From Verrucomicrobiia bacterium (GTDB lineage: Bacteria; Verrucomicrobiota; Verrucomicrobiia; Palsa-1439): DNA of 64,000 bases. Position numbers and translations under genes: made by a program. Each line of letters opens with the position of its first letter. Position 1 is the stretch's first letter. Positions 45,814 through 57,091 of this stretch are shown here, piece by piece. The stretch covers positions 73,182 to 137,181 of the forward strand of contig JBGQCJ010000001.1 of the NCBI GenBank assembly GCA_041495285.1, written 5' to 3'. The notes beneath the pieces are model-generated. The model was not told the DNA's origin, made no database searches, and saw only the letters and a list, made by a program, of their open reading frames with translations.

Positions 45814-47043
45814 ATGATGAAGAAAACTATCGTCTTGCTGAGTTTGTTGGTCTGGGGGATCGGACCGGCGTGGGCCGCATCCGAGGCTGTCGAATTGCCG
45901 GTCACGGCCGAAGTGATCAAGCTGTTGAAATCGCGCTACGTGGACAAGGACAAGCTCGACGGGAAGTTGTTGAACGACGCCACTACTGATGGCATCCTCC
46001 GCGCGCTCGGCCAGGGGGCGACGATCATCACGCCGGAACCGGCGGGCACGAATGGCGTGGAGGCGGCGACGTCTGCCGCGAATGCCGGTGGCCCGTTGGC
46101 CCGGGCGGAGGTGATTGATCCTGAGATCGGCTACATTCGCATTGCCGACGTGGTCGAGGGCACCGTCACCGCGATGGATGCCGAGTTGAAGAAATTTTCG
46201 GATGCGAAGGTCATCGGCTACGTGCTGGATCTCCGGTACGCCGACGGGACGAATTACGCCGCCGCCGCCGAATTGGCGAGTCGGTTTGTTTCAGGTGACC
46301 GGGAATTGTTCGCGTTGAAGAGCGCGGGACGCGGCGAGAATGTGTTTCGTTCCAGTGCGCATCCGTTGACGGCGGAGATCAAGGGGCTGGAGGATGCGCC
46401 GTTGATGGTTTTGGTGAACGCACAAACCAGCGGCGGGGCTGAGGTGTTGGCGGGCGCGTTGAGTACGCAGCATCGCGGCATTGTGCTGGGCGGCAAGACG
46501 GCTGGTTCGGCTGCGGCGTGGGAAGACATCAAGCTCAGCGATGGACGGTTGCTGCGGTTGGCGTCGGCCAAGATCATGTTGCCGGCACATGAGGAAAACG
46601 AAGCGATGACGGTGGACGTGTTTCCCGGCGGCATCACGCCGGACATTGCAGTGAAGATTGACGCGCAAGTGGAACTAGACGCGGTACTCAACGCGCAGAC
46701 CAACGTCACGCTCACGGCCAGCTTGCAGCCGCGCGAGGCAAAGAAGCACCTCAGCGAGGCGGAATTGGTGAAAGCGTTCCGCGGCGAAGCGGTCGACCTA
46801 AAACTTGGAGTGAACACCAACGTCACGACGGCGCCGAAAATTTTCTACCGCGAGATGCCCGGAACCGAGATGATCGTGACCAACGCACCCGCCAACCCGA
46901 CGCCCGGCGACCTCAGCGAAGCGAAGTCGTCCGCCGCCGAGGGCGAGGAGGACCGCGAGATTCAACAGGTACGCGACGTTGTGCTGCAACATGCCGTGGA
47001 TATTTTGAAGGGAATCCGCGTGATGCTGTCGTGGCGGCAGTAA
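45814..47043 (+). CDS. Secreted S41 (C-terminal processing peptidase)-like protein
   Basis: Signal peptide 'MMKKTIVLLSLLVWGIGPAWA'. 'IGYVLDLRYADGTNYAAAAELASRF' resembles the S41 'IIDLRNNPGG' region. The catalytic Ser/Lys are not clearly identified. Confidence 0.4.
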   Translation: MMKKTIVLLSLLVWGIGPAWAASEAVELPVTAEVIKLLKSRYVDKDKLDGKLLNDATTDGILRALGQGATIITPEPAGTNGVEAATSAANAGGPLARAEVIDPEIGYIRIADVVEGTVTAMDAELKKFSDAKVIGYVLDLRYADGTNYAAAAELASRFVSGDRELFALKSAGRGENVFRSSAHPLTAEIKGLEDAPLMVLVNAQTSGGAEVLAGALSTQHRGIVLGGKTAGSAAAWEDIKLSDGRLLRLASAKIMLPAHEENEAMTVDVFPGGITPDIAVKIDAQVELDAVLNAQTNVTLTASLQPREAKKHLSEAELVKAFRGEAVDLKLGVNTNVTTAPKIFYREMPGTEMIVTNAPANPTPGDLSEAKSSAAEGEEDREIQQVRDVVLQHAVDILKGIRVMLSWRQ

Positions 47044-47079
47044 CGCGGCCGGTCAGCGTCGCGCGGCACCGAAGAATTC

Positions 47080-49290
<2,211 letters not shown>

Positions 49291-49336
49291 CGGCGATCTC
49301 ACACAGAGTTCGCAGAGCCAGCAGAGTTTGTCACTG

Positions 49337-49370
49337 GAGGGCCACGCTCCGTCGTGGCCGCTCCTTTTCT
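49337..49370 (+). terminator. Rho-independent terminator downstream of the glyA fusion
   Basis: 'GGAGGGCCACG ctccgt CGTGGCCGCTCC' hairpin followed by 'TTTTCT', 47 nt after the stop. Confidence 0.55.
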
Positions 49371-49400
49371 GTCACCCTGAGCTTGTCGAAGGGTCTCGCC
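49371..49400. repeat. Short dispersed-repeat unit 'GTCACCCTGAGCTTGTCGAAGGGTCTCGCC' ('SLSKG' unit)
   Basis: Translates to '...VTLSLSKG...' in the spurious 48798..49469 ORF. Only one copy is visible in this window, so repeat status rests on prior knowledge. Confidence 0.3.
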
Positions 49401-49692
49401 GTCGCTACACTCTCGTTCAGGAGAAACTATCGAGACCGATTAACTAACTCACACAATCATTTCGCGTAGCTTCGGCTGCTGTTCTCCACGAAACGGACAA
49501 TTTCGACTTCAAGGACGGCGCTCGAAGGCACGCCCCGCAAGGGCGTGTCTGAAAGCGTTCCTTGAAGGGCATGTCCGTGCCTGTGGAGGAGCGTGAGTAG
49601 GTCACGCCCCTTCGTTTTACTGGCACAAGCATCCCTTCAAGGAAGCCATCCCCTCAGACAGGGCTGAATCGCACACGCGAGCGAGGAAGCCC

Positions 49693-51501
49693 ATGTCTTA
49701 CCTAGAACGCTCACTCAAAGACGGCCATGCCAAACTTACCGGTGAAGGCAAGCAACAGAAGATTCTCTACGTTGCCGTCAATCACACCGAACGCTACTCA
49801 GACCCTGAGGAGCAGGTTCGCGCGGAGTTTTGGGCCGAGTTGATTTACCGGTATGGGTACGAGCCGGCGCGAATTGGCGTCGAAGTCGTCGTACCGGACC
49901 GGACGCCTTCCGATCGCGCTGATCTGGTTGTGTTCCGCGACGATGAGCGCAAGAAGCCTTACGCAGTTGTGGAGTGTAAGCAAGACGGCATCACTGACGC
50001 CGAGTTCAATCAGGCAGTCGAGCAGGCTTGCGGAAACGGCACGTGGGCAAAGTTCCGCGCCACATACGTCGGCGTTGTTGCCGGCATGACACGTCGCTTC
50101 TTGGATTTCTCCGAGAAGTACGGCGTTCTGGAACGTGAAGCAAACATCGTTGCCGATCTGCCGGGCAAATACGGACGGCCAGAGGAATACCGGTTTTACA
50201 AGGGCGACCAGAACAACGACATCCAACTCGTCAGCAAAGAAGCCCTCATCGCCGCCATTAAGAAATGCCATCAAACGCTTTGGGGTGGTGGCAAACTCTC
50301 GCCGCCTTCGGCCTTCGGTGAACTCTGCAAAATCATCTTCGTCAAAATCAGCGACGAGCAGGCCAAGCGGAAGAAGGGCGAACCTTACGAATTCCAAATC
50401 AAAACCTACGAGCAAAGCCGCCGGCTGGCGGAACGCATCAAATCACTGTACGACGTCCAGAAGCTGAAAGACCCGGATGTCTTCACCGACACCATCAAGA
50501 TTGACGACGCGAGTCTCCGCACCGTCGTTTCACACTTGGAGAGCATCAACCTCAGTAAAACCGACCTCGACACCAAGGGCGTCGCCTTCGAGCAATTCAT
50601 GGATGGATTCTTCAAGGGCGACTTCGGACAATTTTTCACCCCACGCGAAATGATCGCCTTTGCCGTGGACATGCTACCGCCCGGCAATGAAGACCTTGTT
50701 CTCGATCCCGCCTGCGGTTCCGGTGGTTTCCTGCTCCACGTACTCGACGCCATCCGCCGGGAAGCGACCGAGTACCACCCGGAAGGTTCGGAAGAGCACT
50801 ACAAACATTGGCACGACTTCGCCAAAGAACGGTTGTTTGGCATCGAGATCAACGACGAAATTGCCCGCGTCGCCAAGATGAACATGATTATCCACGACGA
50901 CGGCCACAGCAACGTCATCGGCGCAGACGCGCTCGACCGCGTTGAGCGGCTCAACTCCGTGAACCGTGGATTTTCCAAGGGGCGCTTTACTCGCATCTAC
51001 ACCAATCCGCCTTTCGGCTCGCAGGTAAATCTCGCTGAGCGGCCTTATCTTGCCGATTACGTTCTCGCCTCTGCCGTGGACGCAAAGGGCAATTCCAAGC
51101 AGCGCAAGAACCAGAAAACCGAAATCCTGTTCATCGAACGTATCTGGCATTTCCTCAAACCCGGCACCGGTCACGCCGCCGTTGTGTTGCCGGATGGTAT
51201 TCTCACCAACTCATCGCTGCAACCCGTCCGCGATTTCCTGTTGGAACACTTCCAAGTCTTGGCCGTGGTCAGCGTGCCGCAGACGGCGTTTAGTCATTAC
51301 GGTGCTGGCGTCAAATCCAGCTTAGTCTTTCTTCGCAAACGTGCAGACGACGAGAAACCCAAGGATTCCGAAGCCATTTTTATGGCCGTGCCGGAACTGA
51401 TCGGCTACGACGCGACTGGCCGCAAGTGCGACAATCAACTCCCCGAAGTCGCGGAACAATATCGGCAGTTCCAGAAGGACGCTCAACCTTTTTTCGTCTA
51501 A
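49693..51501 (+). CDS. hsdM: Type I restriction-modification N6-adenine methyltransferase subunit with N-terminal HSDR_N-like PD-(D/E)xK domain
   Basis: 'LDPACGSGGFLL' motif I and 'IYTNPPFGSQ' motif IV. The N-terminal 'RADLVVFRDDERKKPYAVVECKQ' is a PD-(D/E)xK-type core. Confidence 0.85.
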   Translation: MSYLERSLKDGHAKLTGEGKQQKILYVAVNHTERYSDPEEQVRAEFWAELIYRYGYEPARIGVEVVVPDRTPSDRADLVVFRDDERKKPYAVVECKQDGITDAEFNQAVEQACGNGTWAKFRATYVGVVAGMTRRFLDFSEKYGVLEREANIVADLPGKYGRPEEYRFYKGDQNNDIQLVSKEALIAAIKKCHQTLWGGGKLSPPSAFGELCKIIFVKISDEQAKRKKGEPYEFQIKTYEQSRRLAERIKSLYDVQKLKDPDVFTDTIKIDDASLRTVVSHLESINLSKTDLDTKGVAFEQFMDGFFKGDFGQFFTPREMIAFAVDMLPPGNEDLVLDPACGSGGFLLHVLDAIRREATEYHPEGSEEHYKHWHDFAKERLFGIEINDEIARVAKMNMIIHDDGHSNVIGADALDRVERLNSVNRGFSKGRFTRIYTNPPFGSQVNLAERPYLADYVLASAVDAKGNSKQRKNQKTEILFIERIWHFLKPGTGHAAVVLPDGILTNSSLQPVRDFLLEHFQVLAVVSVPQTAFSHYGAGVKSSLVFLRKRADDEKPKDSEAIFMAVPELIGYDATGRKCDNQLPEVAEQYRQFQKDAQPFFV

Positions 51502-52883
51502 GCCCCGTCGCCGTAGGCAAGCCGGCTTGCTTTGCGGTCAGACGGGGCGAAGTCAAAGATCGGATCGATCCGAAGTTCATCCTCCTCGGTGGACATCAGA
51601 AGATCGCCGGCTTGCCAACTGCCACACTCGGTAGCCTAACTATTCGCGAACCCGATTACGGTTCGAGCGTGCGCTCCGTGCCGATGAAATCTACGGACGA
51701 CGTGAAATACATCCGTATCACCGATTTTGACGACGACGGGATTCCGCTCGGTCATGAGTTTGTTACCGCAGAAGTGATTGAGGAGGATGCCAGACTCCAG
51801 CACAACGACGTGCTATTTGCACGAAGCGGGGCGACAGCGGGGAAAACCTACATTCACAACAAGGAAATCGGACCGGCTGTGTTTGCCGGGTACTGCATTC
51901 GATTCAAGTTCGACGCGCAGCGTGTCTTACCCAAATTCGTGTACTACTACACGAAGACCACTCGATACCAAGCATGGGTGCGCTCCATTCAGAGGCCGGC
52001 AGGCCAACCCAACATTAACAAGGAGGAATTCAAGGCTTTCATAATCCCTGTGCCTGATACGGATATTCAGGCGAAGCTGGTATCTGAGCTTGAGGTGGCC
52101 CGGTCGACCACAAAGAACAAACTCGCACAGTCGGATGATTTGTTAGACGGATTCGACAACTTCATACTGGATGCACTCGGCCTGACTGCGCCGTCGCAAG
52201 AAAAGCGGATGTGTTTCGCTGTCAGACTAGGCCAAATCGACGGCGCGCTGAACGCCGAACGTTACGCCGGGCTGAGATTGGCGCAACCGATTCAAGGAAC
52301 GGTTGTCAACAAGGTTGCTGAAATCCTTGAAACAAAAATTGCTCCATCGAAGGTCGCGCCCAATGCCAACTGGGATTGGATTCGGATTGATGACTTGGAG
52401 AACCATCCTCTTACAATTGACAAGATGCGAACGGCAATTGGTTCGGAGATAGATGGAACATTTTTTGAAGTCAGCGAGAACGACATTTTGCTTGCGCGCC
52501 TTGGCCCGACGATTCAGAACGCAAAATTCGTTCTCTGTCCCCAAACGAAACGCCGCACTGTCGCTTCCGGCGAGTTCCTCGTGTTGCGGTGTCGGGGCGG
52601 CTGGAATCCGGCAGCCGTGTTGTGGGTCTTGCGGACAAAGTTATTGAGAAACTTGATGTATTCAAAAGCCCGTGGCGGCACACCAAGTCGGTACCGGCTG
52701 CACCGCGATGACCTTGCAGCAATGCCTTTTCCGGAAATGAACAGCCACAAGCAGAACGCCCTAATCGAAGAAATTAATCGCCGCATTCTTCGTGTTCAAC
52801 ACTTGCGCGCAGAGGCGGTAGCCGAGTGGACGGCCGCGAAAACCCGATTTGAGCAACAACTATTGGGGACCGGCAAGCCATGA
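51426..52883 (+). CDS. hsdS: Type I R-M specificity subunit (two target-recognition domains); true start probably near 51500
   Basis: Duplicated TRD pattern ('VLFARSGATAGKTYIH' / 'ILLARLGPTIQNAKFV') with conserved coiled-coil spacer regions. It directly follows hsdM. Confidence 0.75.
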   Translation: MRQSTPRSRGTISAVPEGRSTFFRLSPVAVGKPACFAVRRGEVKDRIDPKFILLGGHQKIAGLPTATLGSLTIREPDYGSSVRSVPMKSTDDVKYIRITDFDDDGIPLGHEFVTAEVIEEDARLQHNDVLFARSGATAGKTYIHNKEIGPAVFAGYCIRFKFDAQRVLPKFVYYYTKTTRYQAWVRSIQRPAGQPNINKEEFKAFIIPVPDTDIQAKLVSELEVARSTTKNKLAQSDDLLDGFDNFILDALGLTAPSQEKRMCFAVRLGQIDGALNAERYAGLRLAQPIQGTVVNKVAEILETKIAPSKVAPNANWDWIRIDDLENHPLTIDKMRTAIGSEIDGTFFEVSENDILLARLGPTIQNAKFVLCPQTKRRTVASGEFLVLRCRGGWNPAAVLWVLRTKLLRNLMYSKARGGTPSRYRLHRDDLAAMPFPEMNSHKQNALIEEINRRILRVQHLRAEAVAEWTAAKTRFEQQLLGTGKP

Positions 52884-53548
52884 ACCAGCTTCCCTATCTG
52901 TTGGATGAGATTTGCGCGGGCGTGGAAGTCTATTACACCGGGCGCACGGGTGGGCAGTATTTCAAAACCGCATTTATCCTCTGCGACGATTATACCGAGC
53001 TAACCGCCAAACTGTTTCTGCTGACTGACAACACACATTGGTCGGATGCGAAAGGCGGCGGCTTCAAGAATTATTCCGATATTCAAACCGACGTTGAAGC
53101 AGTTTTCACCGCTAAGCGCGCTGCTGCCTTGCCAACGGTGACTGCGCTCCATTCCAATTTGCTGTCGCGGCGCGCAAGTCGGAACGGCTTCTTTCATAAA
53201 ACGCATTTCCTCAACCTGAGCGTCACGCCACGAGGCTGCGTTGAGTCTTTTTGTGATCTGTTCAGCTATGGAGAGTTGCTATTCGGCAATGACTGGACTC
53301 AGGCCGTTGCCGCGACGCGGAACTTGGAAACGCTGGTCATCTTGCTCAAATTGGAAAAGAAGAGTTTCAGCGAGCCATTGGTGTGGCCGAAAGTTGAGGA
53401 AATCATCAAGACATGGCCGCGCAACAAAAAGAACTCAGCGCAGACCGGCGTTCACCTGACCATGCACCCCGAAGACATGCACCTGCGCTTGACCGTGACG
53501 TATGGCCACAAAGCCCTACGCGATAAACTGGCAGCGCTGTTGCTTTGA
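52880..53548 (+). CDS. Hypothetical 222-aa protein translationally coupled (ATGA) to hsdS; no recognisable domain
   Basis: Start overlaps the hsdS stop and it has the same lower-GC composition as hsdMS. It occupies the slot where hsdR would be expected. Confidence 0.4.
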   Translation: MNQLPYLLDEICAGVEVYYTGRTGGQYFKTAFILCDDYTELTAKLFLLTDNTHWSDAKGGGFKNYSDIQTDVEAVFTAKRAAALPTVTALHSNLLSRRASRNGFFHKTHFLNLSVTPRGCVESFCDLFSYGELLFGNDWTQAVAATRNLETLVILLKLEKKSFSEPLVWPKVEEIIKTWPRNKKNSAQTGVHLTMHPEDMHLRLTVTYGHKALRDKLAALLL

Positions 53549-53698
53549 GAGGGTGATGGGTGACGCCATTCCATCCGTAACCAATGGACGCGACGGAGCG
53601 CGTCCCTCCAAAATCAGGTTTGACCTCCCGGCAGGGCTTCGCTAGTGTCGGGGCTGCGAGGACGTAGCACCCCGGTTGTTTAATCAGGAGAACTCAAG

Positions 53699-54655
53699 AT
53701 GATTGTCACCACCGCGCAGTTGTTCAAGGTCGCCTACGGCAAGTACGCCTTGGGCGCCTACAACATCAACAACCTCGAACAGACCGTCGGCCTGTTCAAA
53801 GGCAACGTTGGAAGCAAGGCGCCGTTCATCATCCAACTCAGCAAAGGCGCGCGCAAGTACACGGACAAACGTTATCTCGAAGCGATGATCCGCACGTCGG
53901 AGCAAGTGTTCCCGGAGGCGATTTTCGCGGTGCACCTCGATCACGGTGACGAGGAGACTTGTTACGACTGCATCAAGTCCGGTTTTTATAGCTCGGTCAT
54001 GATCGACGCGAGTCATCACGACTTTGAGGAGAACATCGCCATCACCAAACGCGTCGTCGAGGCGGCGCACGCTCGCAACATCAGCGTCGAAGCCGAACTC
54101 GGTATGCTCGGCGGCGTCGAGGAAGACATCGTCGGCTCGGTCTGCCTCACGAAGCCGGACGAAGCCGAGGAATTCGTCAACCGCTCCGGCTGCGATTGTC
54201 TCGCGGTCGCGATTGGCACCAGCCACGGCGCGTACAAGTTCAAGGCCGAACCCGGCAAGAAGATGGGTCTCCACTTCGACGTGATCGAGGCAATCCACAA
54301 GAAACTGCCCGGCTATCCGATGGTGATGCACGGCAGCTCCAGCGTGCCGAAGGATGAAGTGGATCGCATCAACAAAGCCGGTGGCCACATGCCGGACACC
54401 AGCGGCGTGCCGGAAGAAGATTTCCTGCCGGCCGCGAAGATGGGCGTGTGCAAAGTGAACATCGACACCGATGGCCGGCTGGTCTGGACGCGCGTGCACC
54501 GGGAATTCTTCCGCGACCACCCGGACAAGTTTGACCTGCGCGATCCCGGTAAGATTTACATCGAAGAGTACGCCAAGATGATTGCCCACAAGAATCAAGT
54601 GCTGGGTTCGGCGGGCCAACTCGACGACGTGCGCGCGAAAGTCGGCAAAAAGTAA
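53699..54655 (+). CDS. fba: Class II fructose-bisphosphate aldolase
   Basis: N-terminal 'AYNINNLE' and 'VHLDHGD' Zn-binding motifs. SD 'AGGAGA' at 53685-53690. Confidence 0.9.
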   Translation: MIVTTAQLFKVAYGKYALGAYNINNLEQTVGLFKGNVGSKAPFIIQLSKGARKYTDKRYLEAMIRTSEQVFPEAIFAVHLDHGDEETCYDCIKSGFYSSVMIDASHHDFEENIAITKRVVEAAHARNISVEAELGMLGGVEEDIVGSVCLTKPDEAEEFVNRSGCDCLAVAIGTSHGAYKFKAEPGKKMGLHFDVIEAIHKKLPGYPMVMHGSSSVPKDEVDRINKAGGHMPDTSGVPEEDFLPAAKMGVCKVNIDTDGRLVWTRVHREFFRDHPDKFDLRDPGKIYIEEYAKMIAHKNQVLGSAGQLDDVRAKVGKK

Positions 54656-54660
54656 ACCCA

Positions 54661-55806
54661 CTACCGGGTCTTTGCGGCGGGAACGATGGTTGGCCCTTGC
54701 TCCGCCGATCGGATGAAGGGAAACTCCGGCACCGGCCTCGCGGAAGCGGTTTCCAACAGAGGCGGCGAGCCGACGGTGAGTGAGACTTGTTGTTCCTTGC
54801 CCTCGCGCAGGACGGTGACGGTTACCTTGTCGCCGCTGCGAAAATAAAATATCGTGTTCAGCACGTCGGCCAATTGCCGGACGTCATTGGTGTAAATCTT
54901 CACGAGAACATCGCGGTCTTGAAATCCGGCTTCCGCCGCCGGTGTGTTCGAGAACACTTGCTGCACGAACACCTGGTATTTATCCAGTCCGGTCTCGGTG
55001 GAGGTCATTTGCTTTTCGGTGATGCCCAAGCCGACCCACGCGTGTTGCGCTTGTCCGTATCGCAGAAAATCGTCGCACACCTTTTGCGCGGCATGAATCG
55101 GCAGCGCGTAGCACTGGTCGTCGCTATCCGCGGCCACGGCAATGCCGACGACCTCGCCGCGCACGTTCAACAACGGGCCGCCGCCCTGCCCGCGACTCAG
55201 CTTGCAGCCGGCGCGGATGTGGCTCGTCACAAACATGTGCGAGCCGCGCTTGATGTCAATGCCGCTGACGAAGCCGACGACCGGCGCGCTTGGCAATCCA
55301 AAGGGAAATCCGATGGCAATCACCATCGAACCAACGCGCAATTCGTCCGAATCGCCGTGTGGCAGAAACGGCAACTGGTGACCGGCCTCCACGCACTCGG
55401 CCGGGTCAACCTTCAGCAAAGCGAGATTGGTGCGCGGGTCTTGCCCCACCAACTTGGCCGGCACGCGCCGCCCGTGCCACTCAATCCAGTGAGACTCCGC
55501 ACCGTCCACCACTGTGTTGGCCGTCAGCAACAGTCCGTCACCGGTGATGAAGAAACCTGTGGCGCACCGGTGTGGGGGCACCGGCGAGAGACTGCTCATC
55601 TGAAGTTGGCGCTCGGCGTGGATCTTGACGACGGCATCCTTGGATTTGTCGTAGATGGAACTGACTTCGCTGTTGATGGTTTCCAGCAGACTCGCCGCTT
55701 GCAGATTCGCGACGCCCGCCACGACCAACAACACACCGCCCCACAGCGCGGGCCGGTTAGAAATGAACGCTCGTGGCAACTTCATAACTCGCCGGGGTGA
55801 TCGCAA
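54661..55806 (-). CDS. Trypsin-like serine protease (S1C, DegP/HtrA-like, no obvious PDZ), signal peptide
   Basis: 'GTGFFITGDGLLLTANTVV' (His region), 'DLALLKV' (Asp) and 'SRGQGGGPLL' (GDSGGP-like Ser) catalytic-triad contexts. Confidence 0.75.
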   Translation of the reverse strand: MRSPRRVMKLPRAFISNRPALWGGVLLVVAGVANLQAASLLETINSEVSSIYDKSKDAVVKIHAERQLQMSSLSPVPPHRCATGFFITGDGLLLTANTVVDGAESHWIEWHGRRVPAKLVGQDPRTNLALLKVDPAECVEAGHQLPFLPHGDSDELRVGSMVIAIGFPFGLPSAPVVGFVSGIDIKRGSHMFVTSHIRAGCKLSRGQGGGPLLNVRGEVVGIAVAADSDDQCYALPIHAAQKVCDDFLRYGQAQHAWVGLGITEKQMTSTETGLDKYQVFVQQVFSNTPAAEAGFQDRDVLVKIYTNDVRQLADVLNTIFYFRSGDKVTVTVLREGKEQQVSLTVGSPPLLETASARPVPEFPFIRSAEQGPTIVPAAKTR

Positions 55807-56398
55807 TGTGATCCAACATGTACCGGGGAGTGCTCGGTTCGGCGCGGCTGGTGGCGGGCATGATCAGCACGCTGCCGGCGGGCACGATCTCCGATGGCGC
55901 CGGCAACGTGGCGGCGATTGATTTCGGCGTGGATTGCGGGGCAGGAAGAACATCACTAGCGAACGTCAGCGGCGAACGGGCAGCGGCGCTGGGGCCGGTC
56001 ACGGCGGCGGGCTGGCCGGGCTGGCGCACGCCCATCCACACGGTGCCGATGGCCAACACGGTGGCCATGGCGCCGGCAAATCCGTACCGCCAAGTATGAC
56101 CGGGTTTGACGGTCAGAGCGTTTTCCATCCGGGCGATGATTCCTTCCCACACGCCCACGCGTTCTGTGGTTTCCGCCAGCCGGTTGTGAAACTCGTTCAG
56201 AAAATTGTGGAAATACTCCGGGGCCGGTTGCTCGTGGCGTTTCAGGGCCAGCAACCGCTGCAACCGGGCGGCGCGTTGCTCCATCACCCGGCAATCGGTG
56301 CAGTCGTCGAGGTGTTGGCGGAGTTCCCGGGAGAGTTGTTCGGGCAGACGGTCGCGGGACAGGTCGTCGAAAAGCCGTTGTGCTTTGCTGCAGTTCAT
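55757..56398 (-). CDS. Anti-sigma factor (zf-HC2 type, single TM)
   Basis: 'HLDDCTDCRVMEQ' H-x3-C-x2-C zinc motif. Mid-protein TM 'FAGAMATVLAIGTVWMGV'. Starts 12 nt after the sigma stop. Confidence 0.6.
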   Translation of the reverse strand: MNCSKAQRLFDDLSRDRLPEQLSRELRQHLDDCTDCRVMEQRAARLQRLLALKRHEQPAPEYFHNFLNEFHNRLAETTERVGVWEGIIARMENALTVKPGHTWRYGFAGAMATVLAIGTVWMGVRQPGQPAAVTGPSAAARSPLTFASDVLPAPQSTPKSIAATLPAPSEIVPAGSVLIMPATSRAEPSTPRYMLDHIAITPASYEVATSVHF

Positions 56399-56409
56399 GC
56401 GTCGTCCAT

Positions 56410-57081
56410 TCACAAGTAATCGCTCAAGAGCGCCTGGAGTTGCTGCCTGGCGTAAAACAGCCGTGAGCGGACTGTTCCTTCCGAGCATTTCATCACCTTC
56501 GCAATATCAGCATGGGTCATACCCTGAACATCGTGCATCGTTACCACCGCTCTATGGGGTTCAGACAGTTTCTGCAGTGCTTCGTTCAATCTTTGCTGCA
56601 GTTCGTTCAGCCCCACTTCCCGCCGGGGGGTCACATGCGACATGAGTTCTACAAAATCGGGATCGGTCTGGATGCCGCTGTCCGCATCGTCGAGACTGTA
56701 CTGGTTGCGATTGCGGCGGCGTTTCAGGAAATTGATCGTGCGATTCACGGCGATCCGGTAGACCCACGTGTAGAAACTGGAGCGGCCCCGGAAGCCGTTC
56801 AAACTCTTGTATGCCTTGATGAACGTTTCCTGCACGAGATCGTTGGCGTCCTCGTGATTGCTCGTCATGTGATAAACGGTCGCGTACAGCCGCTCCTTGT
56901 AGCGCTCGACCAACACATCGAACGCGGCCGCTTCGCCGCGTTGCGCGCGGGTCACGAGCGTCTCGTCGTCCTCGTGCCGGAGATCAATCGTGTGTTCTTC
57001 TGGCGGGGCCGCGTGCGCGGGCCGGCGGGCCGCCTCGCCTTGGGCGGCGAATCCGAGCTTCAGTTTCTGGGAAAGTTTCAT
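56410..57081 (-). CDS. ECF (sigma-24/RpoE-like) RNA polymerase sigma factor
   Basis: Region 2 'ERYKERLYATVYHMTSNHEDANDLVQETFIKAYKS' and region 4 'GMTHADIAKVMKCSEGTVRSRLFYAR'. Confidence 0.8.
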   Translation of the reverse strand: MKLSQKLKLGFAAQGEAARRPAHAAPPEEHTIDLRHEDDETLVTRAQRGEAAAFDVLVERYKERLYATVYHMTSNHEDANDLVQETFIKAYKSLNGFRGRSSFYTWVYRIAVNRTINFLKRRRNRNQYSLDDADSGIQTDPDFVELMSHVTPRREVGLNELQQRLNEALQKLSEPHRAVVTMHDVQGMTHADIAKVMKCSEGTVRSRLFYARQQLQALLSDYL

Positions 57082-57091
57082 GATCGCTGTC

